Below, piece after piece: positions 40,050 to 53,400 of a stretch of DNA of 64,000 nucleotides. Each line of letters opens with the position of its first letter. Position 1 is the stretch's first letter. Position numbers and translations under genes: made by a program. The notes beneath the pieces are model-generated. The model saw nothing but the letters and a program-made list of their open reading frames with translations. It did no database searches and had not been told where the DNA came from. Origin of the DNA: Epiperipatus broadwayi (Eukaryota; Animalia; Onychophora); assembly GCA_028023455.1 (NCBI GenBank), contig JAQFVV010000007.1, forward strand, positions 19,716,001-19,780,000, written 5' to 3'.

Positions 40050-41200
40050 AAAATAACTATCTAATATAAATGAAACATTGTCGGGCTATTACTTTAAAAA
40101 AGTGGAAGAACCAAATTGTAGAGCTTGATGATATACCAAATAGAGTGGCAAGAATAGTTATTTAACTCTATAAGCTTTACTTCTTTTTTTATTTCTAATT
40201 CAATACCAAGAAAATAATTCACTACATAGGAAAGATTAATAATATTATAAATTAACTGCAGTTTAACCCTTCTCTAAATTAATGGAAAATAGCAAATGCA
40301 GATAATTCAGGTTTATACTCCAAATGTTCTCAATGTGGTAAAAAAGTTGAATGTTTTATATAGATGAACCTAAATACTTTTGATCAAACCCAAACATTTT
40401 AAAATTGTTATGGAAGATTTTAATATTAAGAGTTGACCAAATAATTGAAAAATGTAAGTTTTGCAGATAAATTTGGATATAGAGAAAGAAACCATAAAGA
40501 AAATAGATTTGTGGAATTATCTGGGGGGAGGGGTATGTTATGAATTTTTCTATAAAAAAAAAAATCTAAAGTACAAATAGATATGATAGCAAACAAATAA
40601 AGATACAACATAGTTGGATTATATTTTGATCAATAGAAAAAATATATTTTTAGTCTATAATATATTTAATAGAGTGAATACTAAAACTTATCATTAATTA
40701 ATGAAATGTAAGAAATGTGTCAATACATACTTAGAGAAACAAAAGTTATTAAAGATGACAATATTCATATTTGATATTCTTAATCTTTTGAAATATTTTT
40801 ATAAATTTAAGTATTATATTGTAAATTATTTTAAAATAATTAATAATCTTTGATGGTGGTTTAGACTTAAATCAAATTAATAAAATGATACATGAAACTC
40901 TATAAAGAAGAAGCAGAGATCAAAAATAAATAAATGGGTAAAAGAAGAAACAGATGTTATTGGCATCATTGCAATAATTAATAGACTGAAGAGGAGTTGG
41001 GCTGGACATATTTTTAGAAAAGATGATAACAGATGGGCAGTTAACATCTTAATTTGAATTCTAAGAGTTTAGAAAGAGACTACTTGTGAAATGAATGGAT
41101 GAAATAAGAAAGTATGCAGGGATGATGTAAAGAAGAGGGGCTAGATATCAGAGAAAATGGATTGAATTTAGACCTTTATCTTGCAGTGAATCAGTAATAG
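40050..41200 (+). mobile_element. Second RTE-clade LINE, heavily decayed, with the RT apparently deleted
   Basis: The endonuclease region resembles 15100-15960 (gagtggcaag..., ataattcaggtttatactccaa, ttggattatattttg). It is joined directly to the RTE 3' end (RLKRSWAGHI ... WMDEIRKYAGMM). Confidence 0.7.
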
Positions 41201-41203
41201 TTA

Positions 41204-41246
<43 letters not shown>

Positions 41247-41264
41247 ATTTATATATTTGTATAT

Positions 41265-42410
41265 ATACAGACATTGATTTGTTATATATATATATATATA
41301 TATAACAAATCAATGTCTGTATTTCTTCAAAATAATATACGTCAATTTATAAATAAATATTAGAAAATACAGTACTTAAAAATTTATTAATGAGTTGTTT
41401 GAATAATTAAATAATATAAAGGGCTTAAAATGGATTAAAACAGATGAAAATTCAATGAGTGTTCAATTTTTAGATCTCAAAATAACTAAAAACAAAGATA
41501 AACTGGATTACTATATGACTATTAAATCAATAGCAAAAAGAGGATATATTCCATATAAATCAAAAGTACCAATGTCACATAAAATGGCAGGTTTAAAGTC
41601 CTTCTTATTTAAAAATGATAATCTTTGTAAATATTCATCAGATAAAAACAAAAATATTGAAATTTATTATAATGAATTGTTAAATGTTGGATATAGTTAT
41701 GATTATGTTTATTATACTATTAAAAATTTTAATTCTAAATATAAAAATAATATTAATAATAATGTTAATTCTTGAATAGGCAAGTTTCATTAAGAAAATT
41801 TATAAAGGTATATGTGACATTGCATTTTATGCACTACCTACATTAAATAAATTAATAAATAACTCAAAAGGTAAAACCTTATTGATAAATAAAAATTGTA
41901 TCATTTACAAATGGATGTGTAGGTGTGGTAGTAAATATATAGGTGAGGTGAGATGCACATTGAAAAAAAGAACAAAAGAGCACTTGTTATTATTAAAAAG
42001 GGTTCAAAATACAAAACAAAATTATAAAAATAATGATAATTTATCAGCTTCCATTTTTTATGACTAATAAATCATGTATATATGATTTTGATTTTAAATA
42101 TAGTAACATAAAAATATTGGAAACTGAAAGAAATAATAATAAATAAAAAAATTAAAAAGGCTATGTTAATATATAAATAAAAGCAACATTTAATCAATAG
42201 GCAGGCAGCAAATATTAAGATCATGGAATTATGGGAAAGTTGACATCATGGAATACTTGACACAAACTACAAGGATAGTTGAAAATGGTTCTAAGTGACA
42301 TTTATAGATATATATATTTTTTTATAAACTTTTAAGTAATGTATTTTCTAATATTTATTTATAAATTTACATATATATATATACCCATTGATATACAAAT
42401 CAAATAGTAC
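41265..42410 (+). mobile_element. Penelope-like element (5'-truncated) with an inverted 5' end
   Basis: RT (VQFLDLKI; 41455-41775) and GIY-YIG (CIIYKWMCRCGSKYIGEVRCTLKKRTKEH; 41882-42067). The 5' end is a palindrome atacagacattgatttgtt-(AT)n-aacaaatcaatgtctgtat (41265-41322). Hammerhead-like CTTGACACAAACTACAAGGATAGTTGAAA at 42256. Confidence 0.88.
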
Positions 42411-42455
42411 AAGTATCAACATTCATTTCCTTCTATAAGATATATATATATATAT

Positions 42456-45400
42456 TGTACCAGGTGCATTTGGAAGATAATCCAGAATACTCTATTTGCT
42501 AGGTTTAACTGGGTTTAAACCCTTATTATCATAATTATATATTTTTATATTATGAATATTACGTGAACGGACCGGCCCTTCGCATTTCTTTAAATTATGA
42601 AAAAAATTCTTTTTTTTCTTTAATTTGAATGACAAGAGATATTTTTAATTTGTATAAAAGATTTATATCTTAAGCTTTTAGTTTTCTTTTAAGTTATATT
42701 TTCTACCCCCTTGCAACTAATTAATTGTAACTTTTATTTCAAACTACTAATAATAGAAAAAAACTCTTTAGACTTTTATTCTATTTTCTTTTATTGAACT
42801 GTATTTTATTTAGACTACTAAAAACTCTTTAGATTTTTATAAACAACAATCTCTCAAACTGAAACCTTTGCATTATTTATGATAATTTTCTTTTAATAAT
42901 TTTTAAACAAAAATTTCAATGAGCACTCTTAGTACCATTATGTTACACTGCCCTCCGTTTGAGAATAAAATGTGTCTCTTGATCATTTTATCTCTGACAA
43001 CTTTTAATTATTAGATTTAAAATATTTACATGTATTTTTATTTCTCTAAGTTTACTTTCTTTATCTAAACTATACATGCTGAGGGCAATCTGTTTGGTTA
43101 TACATTTCTTCCTTTTGCTCTCAATGATCAAGTACTAGATGATGACCACAAGGACAACTCTATTTTTGTGATACAGGAGTTTTAAAATGAGGCAGACTTT
43201 GTAAAAAGAAAAGATTGCTGTGACTGGCAGGATTCCTTTACTGTCCAATTCGACTTATGCTTTGGAATAAAATAGGAATATGAAATATGAGAACTCTCCC
43301 CTAAAGAAGTAATTTGCGACTTACTCTGGTTGCTCTCAGTGCACATTTTTAAAGTGAATGGGGACTCTCCCCTGAGAAGTAATACCTGACAGTCCATTAT
43401 GGATCCTGATTTCATCCATCCAAAAGCTTTAACTTTTCCTTAAAACTTATTTCTATATTTCCTACCCTCCTTTCCATTAATTTCAATCTCATATACACTT
43501 CTAACTTAACTTAGATTGATTTATATTATTTTAACCATACAATATTATTTTTAAATCATTTCTTTAACTTTCTATTTTATTTTTAGTATGATTCATATTT
43601 TATTATTTTTCTACAGATATTTTATTTATTTATTTAACTTGATTACTTTAAACCATTTATTTAACTTCCTTTTATTAATTTGCATGTATTCAAAACAAAC
43701 TTTTATTTTATTACGCTACTTTATTTATTATTTTTCTACAGATATATTACACTTGATTTTATTGATTTTATTTGAACTATTTATTTACGAACATTTTTCT
43801 TCTTAATGTGCTTTACGAACATTTTTCTTCTTAATGTGCATGTGAAAAATAATCTTTTATCCAGTGAAGCCTCCTTGTTATTATTTTACATAAACAACTC
43901 ATCATTTTCTTTCCTTTTTTTTATTTTAATTTTAAATAGTGAAATTTTAGATTCAAGTTTATCACCTATGTCAAAAGTTTTTTTTCATTAAATTTATTAT
44001 CCATTTGCGATCCTTTGTTTCTTTTTGTTACTTTAATCTTCCATCCATTAACTAACTTTTAGACTTTGTCAGGGGGTTCTTTCTTTTTACCTACTAACTC
44101 TATAATATAAATTACTGCCCCCTCTTGTCTATCCCTCATAATTTATTGCCTTGTCTCTTTCCCGTTCCATTCTATTTTCAATTTTGTAAATCAGAAAACC
44201 TTGATACTTATCAAAACTCCATAGTTCTTTAAACGGACCTACTTTATCTTTAATAATATCAACAACAGTGGACAAAAAAGTTCATTTACTATAGCCTTCT
44301 TGAATAAGACTGCCCTATAAATGGCTTCTGTCTCAGCCTTAAAATCATATACTCTGCTCTTTCTCTTAACTCTCCTCTTTGTTTTACATCTCCGCTTAAA
44401 ATGAATCCCTAAATGTTTACTTTAACCATTTCATTTTTACTTCCTTGTGAAAACTCCTTTCCATTATCTTCTACCTGTATTAATTTCATTTCCAAGTTAC
44501 TATACTTAATGCTACCTTGTTCTAGTATCTCTTGACCTAAACTTTCTAATTCATCTTTCCCTTCACTTACATCTCTTACCATCTCAACTTCCTTTTCTCT
44601 TTCCTGACTTTCTTTACTTAAATCTAACTCTATGAATTGTTGGTTTTCCCCTACCTTTCCTGTTATCTCACATCTCATTTCTCTTATTTCTCTAATCATT
44701 TCTTCTTTGAACCCTTGCTGACTTTTCTTGAATTCTTGATGAATTTCTTTCATTAATTCTGCTTTGGGTTCTAGCTGACCTTGCTTGATTTCTCATATTT
44801 TCCCCTCAGTTCAGCTTTGAACTCTTAAATTCTTGATGCATTTCTTTCATTTCAGTTTTCATCATGTCCATTATCATTCTGAACCTTATCTGGGTCTCAC
44901 TCTCTTCTTTCTCTTTTTCTATTATTTGGGGATTTTAAGAAAAATATCAGGCTTTCTTCCAGCTCCATTTTTGAAAATTTCAATTTGTTTATTAAATTAA
45001 TGCTTTCATTTAAAACAATTTAAATGCTAACTGTTTATTTATCACAATGGAACATATGACTGATTCCATCCCTTTGTCCTTTTTCTCTACCCATTCTTAT
45101 TGCCTTAACTCCACCCAAAATATCTAACTGGCTTTAATTATCTCTTTTCATTTAAGGAAATAATTTATTTTAAATAATATAAATATCAAAATCTCTTTTT
45201 CATTTAAAGAAAAAAAATGTTTCAGTCAATTCTTTATTTAAATTATACCACTTTAAAACACAATTACGCAATTTAGCATTTTTTTAAATTTTTTATTTTC
45301 AAACAAAAAAATATTTATTTCACTGTCATTTGTGATGGTTCTGCTCTACATTGGGTAAAGCCAATTGTACCAGGTGCATTCAGAAAATGACTCAGAGCAC

Positions 45401-45823
45401 TCTATTTGCTAGGTCTAACTGGGTTTAAACCCTATTTATCATAATTTTATATTTTTATATTATGAATATTATGTGAATGGACCAGCTCTTCACATTTTTT
45501 TAAATTATGAGAAAACCCCTTTTTTTTCTTTAATTTGAATCACAAGAGATATTTTTAATTTGTATAAAAGATTTATATCTTAAGTTTTTAGTTTCTACCC
45601 CCTTCCAATTAATTAATTGTAACTTTTATTTCAAACTACTAATAATAGAAAAAAACTCTTTAGACTTTTATTCTGACTTTTTTTATTGAACTATATTTTA
45701 TTTAGAATACTAAAAACTGTTTAGATTTTTATAAACAACAATCTCTCAAACTGAAACCTTCACATTATTTATGGTAATTTTCTTTTAATAATTTTTTAAA
45801 CAAAAATTTCAATGAGCATTACA
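42456..45823 (-). mobile_element. Non-autonomous LTR retroelement (two ~460-490-bp LTRs, gag-like remnant only) in (TA)n
   Basis: Direct repeats at 42456-42947 and 45366-45823, both TG...CA. On the minus strand there is a PBS-like TGGCTTTACCCAATGTAGAGC (45363-45343) and a PPT ACGGAGGGCAG before the 3' LTR. ATAT flanks both sides. Coiled-coil ORF at 44409-44753; no RT or integrase motifs seen. Confidence 0.82.
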
Positions 45824-45839
45824 ATATATATATATATAT

Positions 45840-47133
45840 TGTAACAGTCAAGTTTGTACATTCGCGTAACAGAATTCAGAATCCAAGCAAAAGAGACCGA
45901 AGCTGACCAGACTAGGACTGTTACATCCCGAGTCCGACCACACTTCAACTCGTAAGCCAGGATTCCCAAGACTCAAGACCCTATGAATGACCACCTAGAA
46001 ATTACACGTAGTATACCTCCTTCCACACAGCTGACATAGGTCACGGAGAAGCAATAAGACTGATAATTAAAAGAGAGGTTCTTAAATGACTAAAATATCA
46101 CTAAATTTAATTTAACTTAATGCATAGTTTTCACATATATAGACGATAAATAATAGTTAGAATTGGATTGAATTAGATCAATAATGAGACAGAGAATGAA
46201 ATACATTAAACTAATTATATATTTATTTACAATTGGCATATCTATATATCACTTATTTACAACAGCATTCAGCGTAGAATGTACGCAAACATTTGGTAAT
46301 TACGAGAACACATTCTCTTTTTATATACAGTTCAAAATAGCTTTATATAAATAATTTTTCTACAATTCAAAATAGCTTTATATAAATGCTTTCATTTAAT
46401 TTTCATAAATGGGTTTAATATGTGCCCATCTTATGAGTTGCTTTTCAATTAATACATAATCAATCACTACGTTATGTCTATAAATCTATTTAAGCCAAAT
46501 CCTATTATATTGGTGGCTGTTATATAAATAATTATATTGAACTTTGATCATGAATTCATTTACTAAAATATATGATATAATTTAATAACGAGCGCATAAA
46601 CCAGCTCAAGTAATGATCGATCAAACATGGCTTTCGAGAGAAAATTTCAGAATGCTGAAAGCGTTATGTTAAGGTGGGAGAGTTGGCTGCATAAGATTTT
46701 ACCAATGCACTATGGCACAGGTAAACAATAATAGGAAAAGTCGCTCTGTGGATGGATGAAATAACTTCAGGGTTCTTGCGACAAACGCCGGTACCCTGGA
46801 ACCGATCGCAATGCTGCGTGAAAAGGAACATTTTGTTCAGGAATGGCAGGGGACTTACGTGCTAACCTGGCCTTGGCTCAGGCTTCGCTACTGCTCTACC
46901 CTATAAGAGAAGATGTGCTGGCAACACCGTGGCTCCATCTTGAGATACGTATATTATGTATAGCAGCAAAACGAGAATATTTTTATAAAATAATATCACA
47001 TCTGCCAAGCAAAGAATAGTATATTTCATACTATGAAATACGAGTTAATAGCATATTAACTCTATCAAATTGGGACCAACTCTTGTGTATCCTGGTAATA
47101 AACATCTATGCTACAAAAGGGGATATTACTACA
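45840..47133. mobile_element. LTR-like repeat of unresolved structure
   Basis: Starts TGTAACAGTC right after (TA)n, and the exact reverse complement GACTGTTACA lies at 45916-45925. On the minus strand TATATAAAA (~46325) precedes AATAAA (~46225). A possible RTE-like 3' fragment lies at ~46600-46870. Confidence 0.35.
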
Positions 47134-50100
47134 TCTGTACTTTGACATGTTCGATCTATTAAGTTACTTATAGATAATAAATATTTAAGGAGGGAAAGTA
47201 TATTTCTATGGACTTAAGAATTTAAATGTCAAATATACTTATAAATATGATCAAGGCTAAATTTAATTCTAAATAAAACTATAAGGTTAAGTTTTTAACT
47301 GGTTGATCAAAAGAGCCACATTTCGCATATTAAATCATTTAAATAATAAAAAAAATAGGATTTCGAAACAGCGCAAAAAGTTGATGCTATAAATAAATTA
47401 CAGGAAGATTTTCAAATAATATCTTCTTAAAACATGAAAATAAGTGCCTACTGTTTCGAAATATTGGCATATAAAATATAATAAGCATTTAAAATAAAAT
47501 AAGCAAAGAAATATAGACACAACCGCAGTGATATAACTTTAAATTAGACACTTATAATGTACTTTAAATGAAAGGAAAATATAAATGTCAGATTATTTAA
47601 ACTTTAACATATTAAATTTTGATAGCAAGTGACATATTAAAATAATAATTAAATGGATTTAAGTTTTGGTTTCATATTAGTTTTATAATTATTTTAAAAA
47701 GAGAGTTAGCTAACTTATATAGATATTATTTACATTTAGAATTACACAGAATTACACAGAGCTCTGCTGTTTGAAAAATAAAACGGTACCGGTATTATTA
47801 ATCTGGACTGCAAGTTCTTGGCTGTTGGTTTGGTTTAGTTTGATTGGGCAGCCAATGGCATCATCTTTCCCATTCTGTTAGGCTTATCTCTTCTATCGGC
47901 GTGATGGTGGTTTAGGCATTTCGACGAGAAAAACCCCGTTCTCCTGCGGAGTAACAGCAACAAGATGCCCACTTTTAGCCAGACATGTTAAACATTAACA
48001 ATTGTGAAGACTGGCTGCAATTCTCACTAACAATATGGCTGTCCCTTCTTGTTAAAAATACAGAGTATTTATATCTTTTCTTTATCGGAATCTATCGCCT
48101 CAAAACTCACTAAACTCAGGAATTTAATTAAATATTTTTCAGTTTATAATCCAGATCTTAGATAACTTATGTTAGAAACATTCCATAAGCTATTATTATA
48201 ATTAAGATTTTTTGTTGCAAACAATTGTCCAATTTAGATTTTAAAATAACTTGCTCTTATCTAAGGAGATTTTAATTAGTAAATTTTGAACTAGTTTTAC
48301 TTTTTACGAATTCCAGGTGTGGTCCTTAATGACACTTGTTTACAATCAAAAATCTTTTAATTACTTGACCAGCTTTTATTTTTAATCTTACATATAATAT
48401 AAACTTTTTCTATTTAAAAACAACTTTTCAACATTTTTTTTAAAATGAAAACATTTTTAACATATTTATTTAAAATAATTTACAAACATTTTGATATAGC
48501 TTTTAAATATATTTTCGAGAAACTTTTTCCCTGAAATATATTTAAAACAAGAAATCTTTTAACAATTTTTAAAGACATTTAATATTATTTTTAGATACTG
48601 GCTTTTACATATTTTAAATCATATCTTTCTTCTATATAGCACAGATTATATATCCACATACGAAATTACAATATTAAACAACAAAATTAATAATTTACTC
48701 TTAACTTAAATAATATAATAAACATTTTTAGAAATATTAAATAACTTTAGTACGCTATAATTTTACTAATCCTATCTAATTATAGCATTGGTTCGCACGT
48801 AAATATATAATACTGTTTATACAGACATGAACGAATTTTATATTTATTAACATTTAAATATGTTCGAACTTAGCACAGATGAGAGTGTCATTAGGTTTGA
48901 TGGGGAAATGATAGGGGCTTGGAAAGTTATCGTTTCAATATATATATATAGTGACCTTTTGAATGGGCACAAGTTGTTAAAATATACTGCATCAGTCATG
49001 AATAACTGCATTTAACTAAAAAAATGAAATAGCACCAAAATTTTAATTTTTTTCTATTAATGATCTAAAATCTTATATGTGAGTTGCTTATGAATTTTGG
49101 TTGGCAAATTTTATAGGCATTTATTATTATTATTATATTTGATGAAGTATTTAATGCAAGAAAGAGGGGTGGATTATTATAGGAATTGTTGATATTCAAG
49201 TTAAGTTGATGACAAGATTTGTCTCATTTATTTGTAGAATAGTGGTTGGTATTTGTTTAGATGTTTTTCTGATCTATTTGTTCATTGACACATCCATCCA
49301 TGTGTAGGTATTATAGTTAGCAAAATATGTTTAACACACAGCCATATCAGTTACATTTTAGTCAGGATAATTTAATATTCATGTAGCAGCATATGTGTAT
49401 GCATGTATGTCTGTATCATCTCATCTCATTTTCATATTTTAATTACAGTACAAAATATTACATTTACAATAAAACATTTAAATTACAGTAAATATCTTTA
49501 ATAATTTTGCAAGTATATTTATATTTTTGAGTGATTAATGGATATCTGGGTTAGTAAATTATTTAACAAACTAAATAGTATTATCAACCATTTTTATCTA
49601 ATAGTTAATTATTATTCATTTGTTTCAAAATTGTAAAAAGTTATTTTTTTTATTTGTTTTATTTGATTTGATTTGATTTAGAAGGTCAAAATGATTTTTT
49701 TTTTCAAGAAAAAATTTCTTGAATATTTTCTCCTCATTAACTGAGTGCAAAGAGTAGAGTTGATCTTTGGAGTGTAAAATGACCTCATGATGAATGGAGG
49801 GGATATATATTTAACTGATAGCCAGTAATAAAAATTGATTATTATTATTATTATTATTATTGTTTCCACCATTGCTTTGTTCATTCTGTTTCTGCCAATT
49901 CTTCTATCTCTTCCAGAAGTCAAATCAGCTTAAACTCTAAAGTGAATTTTTAAACATTATTGTCTTTATAAGAGCCATTATGGTTAATTCTAGCCACTAG
50001 GCAGCTTTAAGCAAGAATGACAAGTTAAATTATAAGAAAGGTATATCTTCCTTAAATTCCTCTACTCAGTTAAATGTTAAATTAACACTATCATTATTAT

Positions 50101-50165
50101 TTTTTAAAGTATTTCTATGCTGATAAATTTGCTCTACTTTGCTTGCTTTTATTTATTATTATTAT

Positions 50166-50166
<1 letters not shown>

Positions 50167-50203
<37 letters not shown>

Positions 50204-50314
50204 TTACTACTACTACTACAACTACTACTACTACTGCTGCTACTACTACTACTACTACTACTACTGCTACTGCTGCTGCTGTTGCTACTGCTACTGCTGC
50301 TACTACTACTACTG

Positions 50315-50400
<86 letters not shown>
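50167..50400. repeat. (CTA)n = (TAG)n array with GCT variants, 3' of LINE copy A
   Basis: Seen directly. Confidence 0.98.
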
Positions 50401-50401
<1 letters not shown>

Positions 50402-53400
50402 TTAAAACAGCTTTATTAAGTAAAAATGTTATACATATTGAAAAAAATAGGTAACTTACATTATTTTATTAGTTACATAGCATTTTACAGTGAAATAACA
50501 GGTATTGAAGTGGGAAAAGGTCAGATAATGGGCAGGTTTTGTGACAATAAAAAATAAATAAAGTTCTTTTTCAGGTAATATTTTTCCGTATGTAATTGTG
50601 GGATTGTGATTAGGTTGTTGGCATCTGAATTGATTGCCAAGTGTCTGTGAATAGTCCAAATGGGGCAAGTATTTGGTCCCTCTTCTTTATTGCTTGTAGT
50701 TTATTAAGGTAAATTGTTCTGTATTTGCGAGAAGTGGGGTTGAATACAAAATGACAGTGGACAAACCAGAGAGTGAAAAAAAGGTATGTGTGTATTCTGA
50801 TTGAGGTGAAATTACATGTCTGTATTGCATTAATTAACAACAATAGTATGGTATCATTACTCCCAGTGAGCATTGCAATTAGTTCTCTATAGATGTTAAG
50901 AGCAAGACAGTCAGTGATTATATGGTCAATGGTCTCCTCATCCCTATGACAAAGTACACATATTGGATTGAGGTTGGCATTTTTCATTCTTGTTGTCAGA
51001 AAATAATTAGTAGGTAAGGCATCAAGATTAACTTTACTAAGAAGTCAAGATATTTTGGTTCTAGGTGCCAATATTTGAATTTTTGTACAAGTGACTTATT
51101 TGATATTGAAAGACTACTGCTATGGCAATGAGTGGAAGAGTTTGCATTTATAATTTGATATGCATCCCAGTATTTTAATTTATTCGCTGTTTGATCATTC
51201 TGCTTATTGTACATATTTATTAAAACTAAAAGGTTATGAATGAATTTGTTACTAGTGGGTGGAGGTGTATCTGTTGGAACTATTGGAATTAAAACTTCAC
51301 CAAACTCAAAGTTGCTGATAATTTTTTGAATAGTGTTATATGCCTTTTGAAAAAAAAAGTAGTAATGCTGTGTAGTGAAAGGGCATTATCTTTGGAATGT
51401 TTTTGTAACTTGTTGATACTAATGGATACAGTTTTTTTGTTCCAAATTAACTGTGTGCACAATGAATTGATCTTGTGAATAAATGAGTTGGTGAATTTAA
51501 TAATTGGGGCATAATAATTAATTTTAGGAAAAATTAACATATTGATCAAAGAAATTTTACTATGAATTGATAAATATGCTTTAGTTAAAGAATTGATTAA
51601 TTTATTGATTGAATTTAATAAGTTATTTTGTATTAAAATTCTGGCTCTATTTGTGGAAAGGTGGAAAGGTATTCCAAGAAAAGGGTGGGGGGCATGAGAA
51701 TTTATTGTCCTTATTGGTGAGCCTGTGAGTAGGGACCACACAACCATTTTTCCTGATTAAATTTCAATTGATATTGTGTTGAATATTTTTCTAATATTTT
51801 ATGTAAATCTGGTAACATTTGTTTTGAGGGGAGGAGGACTATTACATCATCCATGTAGGTGAGATGCTTAATTGTTTGTCTAAGTGTATGGGAGTACACA
51901 CCCAGGAGCTTTCCTTCTATTTCTGCAAGAAGTGGATTAATAAAAGTGATGAATAGAAGCGAGCTGAGTGGAGAGCCTTGTGGTATAGAATTATGTGGAA
52001 TGAAAGAAGGTGATGTTTTTCCATTGAGGGTTATTTGTAGGCTTAGCGAGTATATAGATTATTGGTGTTGGAATGTTGTATTTGCCTATTAAACAAAGAA
52101 GGCTATCAACTGGCACAGAGTAAAATGCTGCTTCTATGTCTAGCTGAACTGCCACTGGTGCTGCCTTTCTTTTGGTTTTAATATCTTCCTGTATGATTCT
52201 AAGTAGCATTAGTGCTTCTGGTATGGAGTTGCCTTTTTTGGCAAATTGGAATTTAGACAGATGCGAGAGTATTAAAGGCTGAACTTTGTCCTTAATAATG
52301 GACTCAATGATTTTTATTATGAGTGGTGACATTGAAATTGGCCTTAAATTGTGAAGTGGAGATGGCTGCATGGACTTTTTTAAAAATGGAACTATTGAAA
52401 CTGGGTATAGTAGATGGATATTGTGTTCTGTTGAGACAAAAAAGTCAACATATTATATATTATAGGAATAGTGTAATAGTTAAGATGGTGAAATAGAAAT
52501 TTCGGGATGGCATGAAGTCCTGGGTGTGCATGATTTGGCATGCTGCTTATTTTTACTTCAATGTCTTTTTTGGTGATACTATGCGATTTAATTGATATCC
52601 CAAAATAAAATTGACCCAGATTGGATTTAGGTTTTTGTTGAAATCGTGTTTTAAAGTGATCTAATATAGGGAAAATCATATTTTTACCTGTGATTATATG
52701 ATCTGCTATGAGAATGGATGATGGGGTTGGGCTTTCACTACTATATCCCAGAGCCCAACAAATGTAGTTTGTCGTCCAGTTGTGGGTGTTTCTAAGATAT
52801 AGTTTAGCTTTTTTAATTGATATATAGTTTGCCAGTATGAATTGTGTGTCTTTATATTCCTGCTTAAGCTGAAGAACAGTGTTTATTGACTGTGGATTGG
52901 TTGTTGTGGAATTTAATTTGTCCCTTATCAATTCTAGTTTATTTAATGTTTTGGTGGGTGGTGGATTTCTCATTGTGTAACTTTTGATTGTAGTGGTGAG
53001 GATGTTGATATAAGTAAACCAGGCTTCTGCTGGGGCTAGAGATAAAATGTTTAATCTGTTCAAGTGTATATAAATTTCCGACAATACAGCTTCTGGCACA
53101 TTGGCTTTAAGTAGAAGACGAGTAGTGTTGGATAATGACAGGGTTGGCTGGGTATATGTAGGTAGGCTGATTTCAACTTTTAGAGCATTATGGTCTGAGA
53201 AAGGGACTGGATGACGTGAAGGTTTTATTTGAAAGTGGAGTTCAGGTGAATAAAAGAGTAAATCTATTAATGTTGAATGCTGTCTATTGTAAAATGAAAT
53301 TGCATTTGAAGGAAAGAAACTATCTGGACTCTTAAGTTTCTTGTTAATATATTGCAAATATTTTCTTATGAAATCTTCATATGTCATGTTGAAATCACCT

